DNA of 64,000 nucleotides. It comes from Eledone cirrhosa. Taxonomy: Eukaryota. The stretch covers positions 83,018,001-83,082,000 of the forward strand of contig OZ024747.1 in assembly GCA_964016885.1 (NCBI GenBank), given 5' to 3'. The notes under the pieces were generated by a model. It did not search any database. It had not been told where the DNA came from and saw only the letters and a program-made list of their open reading frames with translations. Position 1 is the stretch's first letter; each line of letters begins with the position of its first letter. Positions 1 to 12,803 of the stretch are shown in pieces. The position numbers were made by a program, and so were the translations under genes.

Positions 1-336
1 TAAGTACTGCGCTCCACTTGATACAGATTGCCAGTTTTGTCGGAATGGACGTGCACGGCATTAGAATCCTTAATAGAACGAATTCTATTCTTCAGGTCCT
101 GCTGGAAGGAATTGCTCCTATTCCGAAATTTTATACTCCGTATGAGTTCCAAGACATCATTTTCGAAGGGTAGCAATGCTGGGTTACACGGGGAGTTATT
201 ATAGGTTTTAAACCCAAATTTATCCTGTTTGTTGTCTGCTTTTTGCGGATTATCGAAATAAAAGGCACGCCAACGCAACCTTTTAATGAACGCGTCTGTT
301 TTCTGTATCAGGAGTTTTAGGTATGTTTTCCTGGTC
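1..336 (-). mobile_element. Penelope-like element RT N-terminal fragment (DKT type, Naiad-like), open frame running off the window start
   Basis: Manual minus-strand translation with no stop: TRKTYLKLLIQKTDAFIKRLRWRAFYFDNPQKADNKQDKFGFKTYNNSPCNPALLPFENDVLELIRSIKFRNRSNSFQQDLKNRIRSIKDSNAVHVHSDKTGNLYQVERSTY. The FIKRxRWxAF, FGFK, PFEND and DKTxNxY motifs match the PLE RT N-terminus. Not in the ORF track. Confidence 0.85.
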
Positions 337-437
337 TGTTATTTTAATAAATATTTGCTCTACGGTCCTTATATATTCGATATATATTTATCCTTATCGA
401 GCCCTCTTTGGATTTTAGTCTTCAAATTTATTATTAT

Positions 438-452
<15 letters not shown>
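335..452 (+). mobile_element. Inverted PLE terminal-repeat (pLTR) 3' end joined to the truncated RT, ending in (TA)n
   Basis: The tail ccttatcgagccctctttggattttagtcttca..ttattattac recurs at 27663-27730 (-) and 50638-50688 (+), always abutting (TA)n. Its orientation is opposite to the RT fragment. Confidence 0.7.
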
Positions 453-480
<28 letters not shown>

Positions 481-483
<3 letters not shown>

Positions 484-829
484 TGGCTGCCAACTCGTTT
501 TCGAGTACGGCCACTACTTTATATCCATGTAGGAGAACCCTTACCGATGCACTGAACGAGTGTGACTTTTTAGTCCAGCCAACGACTGTTGCAGGTTGTT
601 ATATCAGAGTTTTCCTTCTCCTAGAATTCTGCCTTGACAAAGGCTAAGGGGTTATCTCTCCCGGTGATTTTGGATGGCCATTGACTCTTAAGAGCTCCTT
701 TGCCCTTTGACAGGTTTTGTTTTTAGTCCTGCAGGATGTCCAAAGTCACCCTCCTCACCAAGAAACCTTGGTGGGGTTGCCAGTTTAGTCGCCAACGACC
801 CGACCATGAGACAGGTTGTACTGGGATAC
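481..829 (-). mobile_element. Bipartite non-autonomous RTE derivative, internally deleted copy
   Basis: Near-identical to 35443-36047 and to the reverse complement of 26513-27123, but missing ~230 bp internally. Merges into (CATA)n at 830-918. Confidence 0.8.
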
Positions 830-990
830 ATACATACATACATACATACATACATACATACATACATACATACATACATACATACATACATACATACATA
901 CATACATACATACATACATGTGTGTGTGCGTATGAGTGTTCGTGTATACATATACATATACACTCACACGCACACACACATGTATGTATG

Positions 991-1028
<38 letters not shown>

Positions 1029-1542
1029 TGTTCGTGTATACATATGTATAAAGAAAGGGGGGAGAGAGGACGCTGATAGAATGAAAGGAAAGAGAAGGAT
1101 TTAAATTGAGAAATGGAGAGAATTGACAAAGAATCAACGAGAAAGAAAAGAAAATAAAATATATTCAAAGTTATTTCCATTTCGAAGTTCAGAAATGTTA
1201 TAACTGTATAAAGAATGTATTGAAGTTTAAGTAAAAGAATAGGAAATTCTACTGGGAAGCAAGGTAAAGGTGAGATCAGAAGAGAAACGAAGCGTACTAG
1301 CAGCGGGCAATCAGTTCGTCACTAAGAAGAGAGAGAGTAAGCGACAAGCTCTGAACTGAATAGATATATTATTAGTAATACATGCTTAACTGCATCCATC
1401 TAGCATTGGATCCACGAGAAAAAGGAATTTCTCTACAGCTTTGATTCGCTGAACAAATGCTTCGTATTTTGCGCTTGGCTGAAACATGGTTTAAAATTCT
1501 GAGATTAAAGGCTGCTTGTTTTGTTCAGTCACACATTTTTCT

Positions 1543-1598
<56 letters not shown>

Positions 1599-1606
1599 CT
1601 CTCTCT

Positions 1607-1684
<78 letters not shown>

Positions 1685-1720
1685 TATATATACATATAGA
1701 TAGATAGATATATAGATATG

Positions 1721-1777
<57 letters not shown>

Positions 1778-2329
1778 GTATATATATATATATACGCACG
1801 CAACTTCTGAAATGCTAAAATGCTACTTTATTTTATATCATATTTTGTTATTGTTCAATTCATTATTCATGGATCTTTGAACGTGAGACGTGGAAAAGTA
1901 CAGAATTTAAACAACACAAAAATAGTCGGCAGCGCAACCAGTCACAGCCATCCTATCATTTAGCATACCAACGACTATATTGATCACTCTGTTAATTTCT
2001 TTTTTTAAGACGGTGCGATTTGAAGAGAGATTTGGCTGCTACTTCTAACAGGTCAAAAAACTACATAGAGGATTCTTTGTTCGCTCTGTAGTTTAATCAG
2101 TTCTTTACGTTGTTAGTGTGGGTGACAAGTTCGCATTAACCCACGGATAGGTCTCTGGGCTTCCAGGTATTTCGGCTGCCTCGGGTACGTCAATCTTTCA
2201 CCTTACTACAACTAAAAAATCTGACGAGCCTCTAATCCCAGCGCAGCTCCTTGACTAATGAATAATACAGTCCTAGTTGGTATTGGTGTGGTTTTATCGT
2301 AGAAAACCTGCCAGAAACAGTTCTGTACG

Positions 2330-2435
2330 AGCAAGACACAGTCTCCCGACCAATCTCGCCTCAAGTGAGACAAAACCGTCGAACCCATGCTAGCATGGAA
2401 GATGGACGTTAAACGATGATGATGATGATGATGAC
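2330..2435 (+). mobile_element. SINE/LINE 3' end with RTE-type tail
   Basis: gtcgaacccatgctagcatggaagatggacgttaaac(gat)n resembles the 3' end of the RTE fragment at 57275-57341. Confidence 0.6.
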
Positions 2436-2450
2436 GATTTACATTATTTT

Positions 2451-2866
2451 GAGGGTGGTGGGTTGGCAGAGTCGTTAATTCGTCGAACAAGTACTTAGAA
2501 ATATTTCTTCTTAATCTTTACATTCTGAGTTCAAATCCCACCGAGGTCAACTTTGCCTTTCACCCTTCGGAGGTTGATAAAGAAAAGTACCAGTTACGCA
2601 CTGTGGTCGATATAATCGACTTTCACCCCACCCCACCAAATAAAGAAAAAGAAAAATTGCTGGCCTTGTGCTTAAATTAGAAATTGACAGTATCGGTAGA
2701 GAGTCGGACGCCATGCTTTCCAGCAGAGTTACGTCTCTTTACGGTCTGAGTTCAAATCCCGCCGAGGTTAACTTTGTCTTTCATCCTTAAGGGGTCGATA
2801 AAATAAAGTACCAGTAATGTACTGAGATAATTGCTGGCCTTGTGCCAAAAGTAGAAACAATTATTT
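2451..2866 (+). mobile_element. Two tandem tRNA-derived SINEs (Meta-domain-like family)
   Basis: A-box-like tggcagagtcg, B-box gagttcaaatccc, core gcctttcatcc..ggtcgataaaataaagtaccag, tail aattgctggccttgtgcc..agaaac. Confidence 0.8.
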
Positions 2867-3319
2867 ATGTTGTTTACGTTGTTCATCATAACAGATCGAG
2901 GGCGATAAGCTTGGAATCACATATGTATAATACGTATATTCGTGTTGACATTTCACCAAACACTGAAGACCTTCTCATTAGATTTAGAAGCTGTCTCTTA
3001 TTGAATCTTTTTCTTTTTCCATTACATTGAATGGTGAAAGAAACCATAGTTGAACTTAGCAATGTTAATGTTGCTTCTTCTTGTTACTCTTTCCACAGAC
3101 ATGAATTGATGTAATTTCTTGCAAAGGAAAACAAACAAAGATTCTCTTGACAAAAATGTTTTTTCCCCTTAAAATAAACATACTTTTAAGTTATCGGTAA
3201 CTGATTTTAAATGTTTTCAATTTCAAACTGAGTGTAAGTCTCACCAATCTCACCTGTCTGAAGTCTCGCTACAAAGGTCATGTGCACTTCAGCTGGCTAC
3301 TATGACAAACATATATGCA

Positions 3320-3642
3320 CAGGCACACACACGCACTCACACACACATACACAACACACACATACACACACACACACACTCACGCAGACGCACTCACACA
3401 CACACAACACACACACACTCGCACTCACACACACAGCACACACATACACACACTCTCACACACACGCACTCACACACACACAACACACACGCACTCACAC
3501 ACACGCACTCACACACACACTCGCACTCACACACACACGCACTCACACACACACAACACACACACACACACTCGCACTCACACACACACACACACACTCG
3601 CACTCACACACACACAACACACACACACAACACACACTCGCA

Positions 3643-3716
<74 letters not shown>
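3320..3716. repeat. Compound (CA)n microsatellite
   Basis: (CA)n interrupted by recurring cgcact/ctcgcact/caaca motifs. Confidence 0.95.
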
Positions 3717-3719
<3 letters not shown>

Positions 3720-3726
3720 GTATTGG

Positions 3727-3882
3727 CAGTAGGTGGCGAATTGAAAAAGTCGTTGGAAAGTCGGATGGAATGCTTTGCAGTAATCGTTTCGATTCTCTAC
3801 TCTCTGAGTTCAAATCCTGCCGAGGTCAACTTTGCCTTTCATCCATTTGAGGTTGATAAAAAAAAGTCCAGTACTGGAGTCG
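3727..3882 (+). mobile_element. Meta-like SINE (another copy at 4170-4392)
   Basis: ctgagttcaaatcctgccgaggtcaactttgcctttcatcc core. Confidence 0.75.
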
Positions 3883-4399
3883 ATTCTTCCTCTATATATC
3901 TTTCTCATTTCCATTCTCTCACTCCTTATCCTCTCCGGAAGAAATCTGCTATATTCAGACCTGCAAAGGAGATAGGCTCCGCCAGGTTTTAAAATGCCCT
4001 AGAAACGCCGTATATCCATACAGTGCCTGTACGCCACCCTCGGGAGTTTCGGGACCATGTATACATATTAGCAGTAGCACTGAATATGTCACAGATGTAT
4101 CAGTAGCTATTGAGAATTCCAGACAAGAAGATCGTCAGCAAATGGTAAATCTTAATATTTGATACATGGAGGATGGTGGTTTGGTAGACTTGGCAGAGTG
4201 TCGGCTGTCAATGCTGTTACAGTATTTGTTCTGGCTTTTTATGTTCTGAGTTCAATTCCTGCCGAGGTCAACTTTACCTTTCCGCCTTCTTGAGTGGGTA
4301 AAATATTGTACCAGACAAGCACAGGAGTGGATTTAAACAACTTTCACCTCACCCCAAATTGCTGGCCTTGTGCCTAGATTAGAATACAATATTTCATGT

Positions 4400-5110
4400 A
4401 TAAAGATGGAAAAGACACGCGAAAGAAAGAATGAAACGAGAAAAAGAAAGAAGAAAAAGGGTAAAAAATAGCAAAGATTAACGAAGAAAGTAAAGAAGTA
4501 AAGAAATGGAAGAGACAAATGAAAGAATGAAAGAAAGGAATGAAGATAAAAAGAAAGAAAGAGTGGATATGTGAAAGAAAGGGAGGGATAAATGAAAGAG
4601 AACAAAGTGAACAGAATGAAATTGGGAGAGAGGAAGAGAGAAGAAAGGAGAAAGAGAGGAAGCGAGAAAGTAAGTGAGAGAGAGAAAGAGAGAGAGAGAA
4701 ATATTTGGAAAGAAAGAAATGAACGAAAGAGTGGATGTGTGAAAGAAAGGGAGATTAAATGAAAGAGAACAAAGTGAAGAGAATGAAATTGGAAGAGAAA
4801 AAGAGATATTCAGAAAGAAAGAAATGAACGAAAGAAAATGTGAAATAATAAAAAAGGAAAAATTAACAAAGGAAAGATTAGATGAAAGAACGAACGAACG
4901 AAGGAATGAAGGAATGAAGGGAGGGGAGATGGAAGGAAGAAGAGAGAATGAAGGAAAGAACAAAAGAAGGGAAATAACGAAAAGTAATAAGAAGATAGAA
5001 AGAGAAAATTTGAATGAAATAAAGATGAAATGAAACGTAAAGAGAGATGGGTGAAAGAGAGAGAGAGAGAAGGAATGAGATATAGTTGGGAAGAAGATTG
5101 AGAAAATAAA
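4400..5110. repeat. Long purine-rich low-complexity tract
   Basis: Almost entirely A/G, with a duplicated ~175-bp block (gaaagagtggatrtgtgaaagaaagggag..). Confidence 0.9.
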
Positions 5111-5274
5111 TAAAAAAATAATAATATCAATGCATACTTTTTTAAAAGGCAGTAATTATAGGATTTTTAATTATTTTTCTCATTAAAGGATCATTAAAAC
5201 ACAGAATACCTTAATCTAACGTTGGAATTCTTTTTACTATAATTTTGTTATTGTTTTCTACGTTTTGTTGCATA

Positions 5275-5760
5275 TTTCTCACACTCTCTCTCTATCTATC
5301 TCTCTATCTATCTCCCCCCCCCCTCTCTCTCCCACTCTCTCACTCTCTCTCTCTCTATATATATATATTTCTCGTTCTCTCTATCAATCGCACTCGCTTA
5401 CTCTCTCTCTCTCGCGCGCGCTCTCTCGCTCTCTTCCTCTCTCCCCTTCTCTCTCTCCTCCTCTCTCTCTCTCACTCTCTCTATATATATATATATATAT
5501 TATATATATATATATCTTCCTCTCTCTCCCTCTCTCTCTCCCTCTTCCTCTCTCACTCTCTCTCTATATATATATATTACATATATATATATCTTCCTCT
5601 CTCCCCCTCTCTCTCTCCCTCTCCCTCTCTCACTCACTCTCTCTCTCTATATATATATATATATTATATATATATATCTTCCTCTCTCCCCCCTCTCTCT
5701 CTCTCTCCCTCTCTCACTCTCTCTCTCTATATATATATATTTCTCTATCCATCTCTCTCT
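5275..5760. repeat. Alternating (CT)n/(TA)n composite repeat
   Basis: Repeated unit of pyrimidine tract + ctcact + (TA)n. Confidence 0.9.
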
Positions 5761-5869
5761 TTAGCTCTTTTATTTGGTAAGGAGTCAATGCAGTTTTAAT
5801 TGGAATGAAGACAAACCATAATGTTTGGTAATAGAGAGAGGGGGGGTGAGGGAGAAGGTGGAAACATGG

Positions 5870-6150
5870 GGGTGGTGATGATGATGATGATGAATATGAT
5901 GATGATGGTGGTGGTGGTGATGATGATGGTGATGATGATGATGATGGTGGTGATGATGATGATGATGATGGTAGTGGTGATGATGATGATGATGGTGGTG
6001 ATGATGATGATGGTGATGATGATGATGATGAATATGATGATGGTGGTGGTGGTGGTGATGATGGTGGTGATGATGATGATGGTGATGATGATGATGGTGG
6101 CGATGATGATGATGATGGTGGTGATGATGATGATGATGATGGTGGTGATG
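5870..6150. repeat. (GAT)n/(GGT)n trinucleotide repeat
   Basis: Direct inspection. Confidence 0.95.
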
Positions 6151-6355
6151 AGGGGGAGAGACGAAGGAAGAAAGAACTTTTTAAAATGCATGTTTAATCA
6201 TTGGCAGAATCACTGTCATATGAAAAAGAGAAAAATAAGTTAAGGCTATTATCGGTAAATAGATTTTGCTAGAAACGACGGATCCACCGACACACACACA
6301 CACACATGTGCGCGTACATTATATATATATGTGTGTGTGTATGTGTGTGCGTGTG

Positions 6356-6419
<64 letters not shown>

Positions 6420-6433
6420 TTTTAATATAGATG

Positions 6434-6484
6434 AGATTCTACAGGACTAGAACTGTTTCATTCTTTAGAAATCATCAGGAATCT
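6434..6484 (-). ncRNA. Type I hammerhead ribozyme, isolated ~70-bp insert inside (TA)n
   Basis: Minus strand: agattc CTGATGA t-ttct-aa-agaa-t GAAACAG ttctagtc CTGTA gaatct. Stem I agattc/gaatct, stem III ACAG/CTGT, GUA cleavage triplet. Confidence 0.8.
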
Positions 6485-6491
6485 GGGTATA

Positions 6492-6534
<43 letters not shown>

Positions 6535-6535
6535 G

Positions 6536-6566
<31 letters not shown>

Positions 6567-6624
6567 GTTAGATATGTGTGGAACTATAGCTGTCGCAATC
6601 GAGTATGACTTGGTAGTATGTACC

Positions 6625-6905
6625 ATGTTTTCTAATCTAAAGTCTGTCTTAAGCCAGAAGTTAGGCCAATGTTTATCCCGGTTTCATAACGTGAAGCGGC
6701 TGAAAGTACAAGAATCCCCCTGGGCAGGACGCCAGTCCAGCGCTGGGTTAAACCCCCAGCTATTGCTGGTACTCATTTTCAACTGAATATAATGAAGCAA
6801 CGTGAAATGAAGTGTTTTGCTCAAGAACACAACACGCAGCCCAGGAATCGAACCCACGACATTATGATCGTAAGTCCAACACCCTTACCACTAAACCACA
6901 CGCCT
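6625..6905 (-). mobile_element. tRNA-derived CORE-like SINE (same family as 16797-17072)
   Basis: tRNA head (tagtggtaagg..ggttcgattcc), tgttcttgagcaaaacactt core and gcg.tggactggcgtcctg.ccagggg segment. Confidence 0.75.
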
Positions 6906-7309
6906 CCATTACCATGCTTTCGCTAAAGATTTTTGGTACCGATACAGTCACGAACACACATAGACACCCTCTTTCGACACTCCTCTCCTCCCTTTATTCA
7001 GTGGAATATCCAGGATTGTGACAACTTGAAGGAGAGAGGGCTACACAACAAGCACTCGGCTGGTACTTTCTTTATCGACCCCGAAAGGATGAAAGGCAAA
7101 GTGGAAATCGACGGGATTTGAACTCGGAATGCAGAGATCCGGAACAAATATCCAATACGTTCTGCCAAATTGATATATGTGTACGAGTGTGTGTATGTGT
7201 GCGTGTGTATGTGTGTGTGCCTATGTGTGTGTGTGCGTATGTGTGTACCTCTGTGTGTATCTCTGTCTCTCTCTCTCTCTTTCTCTCTCTCTCTCACTCT
7301 TTCTCTCTC

Positions 7310-7350
<41 letters not shown>

Positions 7351-7575
7351 GTGTATGCACTTACTATTGAGTGTAGGCCATAGAAATTATTATAAGCCTT
7401 ACTTTCCATCACAATTTCAATTTCTAATTAAGATGTTGTCCTCTCCTTTTACCTATACCTGAACTTCCTGTTATGTATTCAATAATAGACGAAATACTGC
7501 TTTGTCTTCGCAATATATCGTGAAAAGATGCCCTTGGTTGTGAACCAATTACATAATTTGATTTGCGAGAAAACT

Positions 7576-7608
<33 letters not shown>

Positions 7609-7713
7609 GATTTAAGAAAATTAACAAAGAAAGGACAAGACAAAACAAAACGTAAAACAATGTTTTGAAAGGAAACCTTAAAATTTTTTTTTAACATAAA
7701 TATATATACAAAC

Positions 7714-7811
7714 CAAGGACACAAAGCTCCATGGTAATCGGCCGTTGAGATGGACGTGGGCAGATTCGACCTCGACCAAAAGTACTGATGGTCCATCCGA
7801 GGTCACAGCGC
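7714..7811 (-). other. Candidate internal exon of an unidentified host gene (98 nt)
   Basis: Non-repetitive, GC-balanced island bounded by ttatgtcAG| and |GTttgt. Two frames are open, e.g. (G)AVTSDGPSVLLVEVESAHVHLNGRLPWSFVSL. No homology recognised. Confidence 0.3.
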
Positions 7812-7922
7812 CTGACATAATAAGCCAAAAGAGTAAGAGACGAAAGTCGAAACACACACACTCAAACACACACAAACAAACACACACACACACACACACA
7901 CAAACAAACACACACACACACA

Positions 7923-7987
<65 letters not shown>

Positions 7988-9135
7988 TCACACACACACA
8001 CACTTTGGTGCTTCCCAGTCTTCTCAGATAGTGCCATACTGTGGCAGGTTTTGCTATCTTGGCAGAGTCGTTCGATCATCGAATTAAATATCTTGCCATT
8101 TGTTCCAGCTCCAACTTGTTGTCTTTCTTTGGTTATATTCTTGCTGTCTGTTATCCTTCTTCCTTTTTCCAATCTCTGCTGTTTTGTGTTTCAGTTGCTT
8201 ATATATTTATAGTTATCTCTAATTAAATTATATAATCTGTGCTTTACTTTTTGTGTGCAGCGTTTTTTTTTATGAGTTCTACCTTAATTAGTGATTCTCT
8301 TTATGTTTGAGTCATCTTCTTTGATTGCTTGATATGTATATTCTATTTACTTTTATTTGTAGGGGGTGTATTCTAAATCATGTCATAATTTTCATCGCTC
8401 ACTGTTTCTTGACGTACACAATTCTCAGATTATTACTATGAATCTGTAACTAATTACTCAGATGGCTAGTATCTGTTTATGTCAGTGATTTTGTTAGGTG
8501 CTTTTTATTTACAAATCTAATTCCTTTGCGTATGATCTATAGTGCCTGCTTCATTTATTCCCGAATATTAATATATCAATTCTCGTTTTAGCTATCAGTA
8601 ATATTTCCCGATGTATTCAATCAACTTTATTATATGTACCCTACTTGAATTATCCTTTTGATAAATTATAATAAATCAATATTATTCCCATTGTAGTTAT
8701 GTTCTGTTTCTTCCACCTTCATCAAAATTACCATCATCGTCATCATCATCATCATCGTCGTCATCATCATCATCATCAGCAGCAGCAGCAGTAGCAGCAA
8801 CGGCAATGGCAATGTACTTATACTTTTTGTAAATCGTATCACTGTTCTTATAGATACTACCTTGCTTTACTAATTCAATAAAAATCCCCGTTATTGCATT
8901 CTTACTATGTTTATAATAACATTATACCAGGATTATACCATTCTTATGATGTACTCACAAATATGATACTAGTATCACCAAAATCAGTAACATAAAAAAA
9001 AACCAATATTGCATTTATCATATACTAGCATTGTGTTATACTTACTGTGTGTATACTAACTTTGTATCAGCATTATTTCATTCTTATTATGTTTATACTA
9101 AAGGGCCGTTTACTTACTTATAGCTATTTATTGCA

Positions 9136-9318
9136 TTGGCAGTATCGGTAGAGAGTCGGACGCCATGCTTTGAGGCATAGAGTTACGTCTCCTTATGGTC
9201 TGAGTTCAAATCCCGCCGAGGTTAACTTTGCCTTTCATCCTTACGGGGTCGATAAAATAAAGTACCAGTAATGTACTGGATAATTGCTGGCCTTGTGCCA
9301 AAAATAGAAATAATTATT
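9136..9318 (+). mobile_element. Meta-like SINE
   Basis: Near-consensus copy with B-box and ggccttgtgcc tail. Confidence 0.8.
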
Positions 9319-9627
9319 ACTAGTTTTACCAGTGCATGTGTGCGTGCACTATCGTATGCGTGTCTGTCTATTTGAGTATATGTATGTGTGTGTATGAGTA
9401 CAATGAAAGGTATTTTCTTTTACTTCTTATAAAGCTTAATTTGACATCCAGTCTTCGTAAGATGTTAAGAATTTCATTGAAGTATATATATGTTTAAAGT
9501 TATATAAAGTTATTCAACATGAGACATAATTAATCCAGTCAACTTCTCAGAATATCAACTTTCACTTTCCACCGAGTATTGTCTACAACGGTCTTGTGAG
9601 TGAAATTATAGTGATAGAAACAGGTTC

Positions 9628-12600
9628 TAAACTGGGTGACAGTTTAACACCACCCCCTAACTGGGTGAGAGTTTAACACCACCTAACTGGGTAACAGTTT
9701 AACACTACCACCTAACTGGGTAACAGTTTAACACCACGTCCTAACTAGGTGACAGTTTAACACTACCACCTAACTGGGTGACAGTTTAACACTACCACCT
9801 AACTGGGTGACAGTTTAACACTACCACCTAACTGGGTGACAGTTTAACACTACCACCTAACTAGGTGACAGTTTAACACCACCACCTAACTAGGAGACAA
9901 TTTAACACTACCGCCTAACTGGGTAACAGTTTAACACTACCACCTAACTGGGTAACAGTTTAACACTACCACCTAACTGGGTAACAGTATAACACTACCA
10001 CCTAACTGGGTGACAGTTTAACACTACCACCTAACTGGGAGACAGTTTAACACTACCACCTAACTGGGTGACAGTTTAACACTACCACCTAACTGGGTAA
10101 CAGTTTAACACTACCACCTAACTGGGTAACAGTTTAACACTACCACCTAACTGGGTAACAGTTTAACACTACCACCTAACTGGGTAACAGTTTAACACTA
10201 CCACCTAACTAGGTGACAGTTTAACACTACCACCTAACTGGGTGACAGTTTAACACTACCACCTAACTGGGTGACAGTTTAACACTACCACCTAACTGGG
10301 AGACAGTTTAACACTACCACCTAACTAGGTGACAGTTTAACACTACCACCTAACTGGGTGACAGTTTAACACTACCACCTAACTGGGTAACAGTTTAACA
10401 CTACCACCTAACTGGGTGACAGTTTAACACTACCACCTAACTGGGAGACAGTTTAACACTACCACCTAACTAGGTAACAGTTTAACACTACCACCTAACT
10501 GGGAGACAGTTTAACACTACCACCTAACTAGGTGACAGTTTAACACTACCACCTAACTGGGTGACAGTTTAACACTACCACCTAACTAGGTAACAGTTTA
10601 ACACTACCACCTAACTGGGTGACAGTTTAACACTACCACCTAACTGGGTGACAGTTTAACACTACCTAACTAGGTGACACTTTAACACTACCACCTAACT
10701 AGGTGACACTTTAACACTACCACCTAACTGGGTGACAGTTTAACACTACCACCTAACTAGGTGACAGTTTAACACTACCTAACTAGGTGACAGTTTAACA
10801 CTACCACCTAACTGGGTGACAGTTTAACACTACCACCTAACTAGGTGACAGTTTAACACCACCACCTAACTAGGTGACAGTTTAACACTACCACCTAACT
10901 AGGTGACAGTTTAACACTACCTAACTGGGTGACAGTTTAACACTACCTAACTAGGTGACAGTTTAACACTACCACCTAACTAGGTGACAGTTTAACACTA
11001 CCTAACTGGGTGACAGTTTAACACTACCTAACTAGGTGACAGTTTAACACTACCTAACTAGGTGACAGTTTAACACTACCTAACTAGGTGACAGTTTAAC
11101 ACTACCTAACTAGGTGACAGTTTAACACTACCACCTAACTAGGTGACAGTTTAACACTACCACCTAACTAGGTGACAGTTTAACACTACCACCTAACTAG
11201 GTGACAGTTTAACACTACCTAACTGGGTGACAGTTTAACACTACCACCTAACTAGGTGACAGTTTAACACTACCTAACTAGGTGACAGTTTAACACTACC
11301 TAACTAGGTGACAGTTTAACACTACCTAACTGGGTGACAGTTTAACACTACCACCTAACTGGGTGACAGTTTAACACTACCACCTAACTGGGTGACAGTT
11401 TAACACTACCTAACTAGGTGACAGTTTAACACTACCTAACTGGGTGACAGTTTAACACTACCACCTAACTGGGTGACAGTTTAACACTACCACCTAACTA
11501 GGTGACAGTTTAACACTACCACCTAACTAGGTGACAGTTTAACACTACCTAACTAGGTGACAGTTTAACACTACCTAACTGGGTGACAGTTTAACACTAC
11601 CACCTAACTGGGTGACAGTTTAACACTACCACCTAACTGGGTGACAGTTTAACACTACCACCTAACTGGGTGACAGTTTAACACTACCACCTAACTGGGT
11701 GACAGTTTAACACTACCACCTAACTAGGTGACAGTTTAACACTACCTAACTAGGTGACAGTTTAACACTACCACCTAACTAGGTGACAGTTTAACACTAC
11801 CTAACTAGGTGACAGTTTAACACTACCTAACTAGGTGACAGTTTAACACTACCTAACTGGGTGACAGTTTAACACTACCACCTAACTGGGTGACAGTTTA
11901 ACACTACCACCTAACTGGGAGACAGTTTAACACTACCACCTAACTGGGTGACAGTTTAACACTACCACCTAACTGGGTGACAGTTTAACACTACCTAACT
12001 AGGTGACAGTTTAACACTACCTAACTGGGTGACAGTTTAACACTACCACCTAACTGGGTGACAGTTTAACACTACCACCTAACTAGGTGACAGTTTAACA
12101 CTACCACCTAACTAGGTGACAGTTTAACACTACCTAACTAGGTGACAGTTTAACACTACCTAACTGGGTGACAGTTTAACACTACCACCTAACTGGGTGA
12201 CAGTTTAACACTACCACCTAACTAGGTGACAGTTTAACACTACCACCTAACTAGGTGACAGTTTAACACTACCACCTAACTGGGAGACAGTTTAACACTA
12301 CCACCTAACTGGGTGACAGTTTAACACTACCACCTAACTGGGTGACAGTTTAACACTACCACCTAACTAGGTGACAGTTTAACACTACCTAACTAGGTGA
12401 CAGTTTAACACTACCACCTAACTAGGTGACAGTTTAACACTACCTAACTAGGTGACAGTTTAACACTACCTAACTGGGTGACAGTTTAACACTACCTAAC
12501 TGGGTGACAGTTTAACACTACCACCTAACTAGGTGACAGTTTAACACTACCACCTAACTAGGTGACAGTTTAACACTACCACCTAACTAGGTGACAGTTT

Positions 12601-12803
12601 AACACTACCACTTAACTAGGTGACAGTTTAACACTACCACCTAACTAGGTGACAGTTTAACACTACCTAACTGGGTGACAGTTTAACACTACCTAACTGG
12701 GTGACAGTTTAACACTACCTAACTGGGTGACAGTTTAACACTACCACCTAACTAGGTGACAGTTTAACACTACCACCTAACTAGGTGACAGTTTAACACT
12801 ACT
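9628..12803. repeat. Minisatellite of 29-bp and 26-bp units (~110 copies)
   Basis: Unit cctaactrggtgacagtttaacactac(ca). Variants are ggg/agg, gtg/gta/gag and presence or absence of a 3-bp cac. Confidence 0.98.

Noticed and set aside
688-963. Repeated ORF ..YPSTTCLMVGSLATKLATPPRFLGEEGDFGHPAGLKTKPVKGQRSS as a gene family
   Set aside because: It is the 5' region of the bipartite RTE repeat read from the flanking microsatellite. A uORF role cannot be excluded but is unsupported.
9628-12803. CRISPR array
   Set aside because: Units are contiguous with no unique spacers, there are no cas genes, and the context is eukaryotic.
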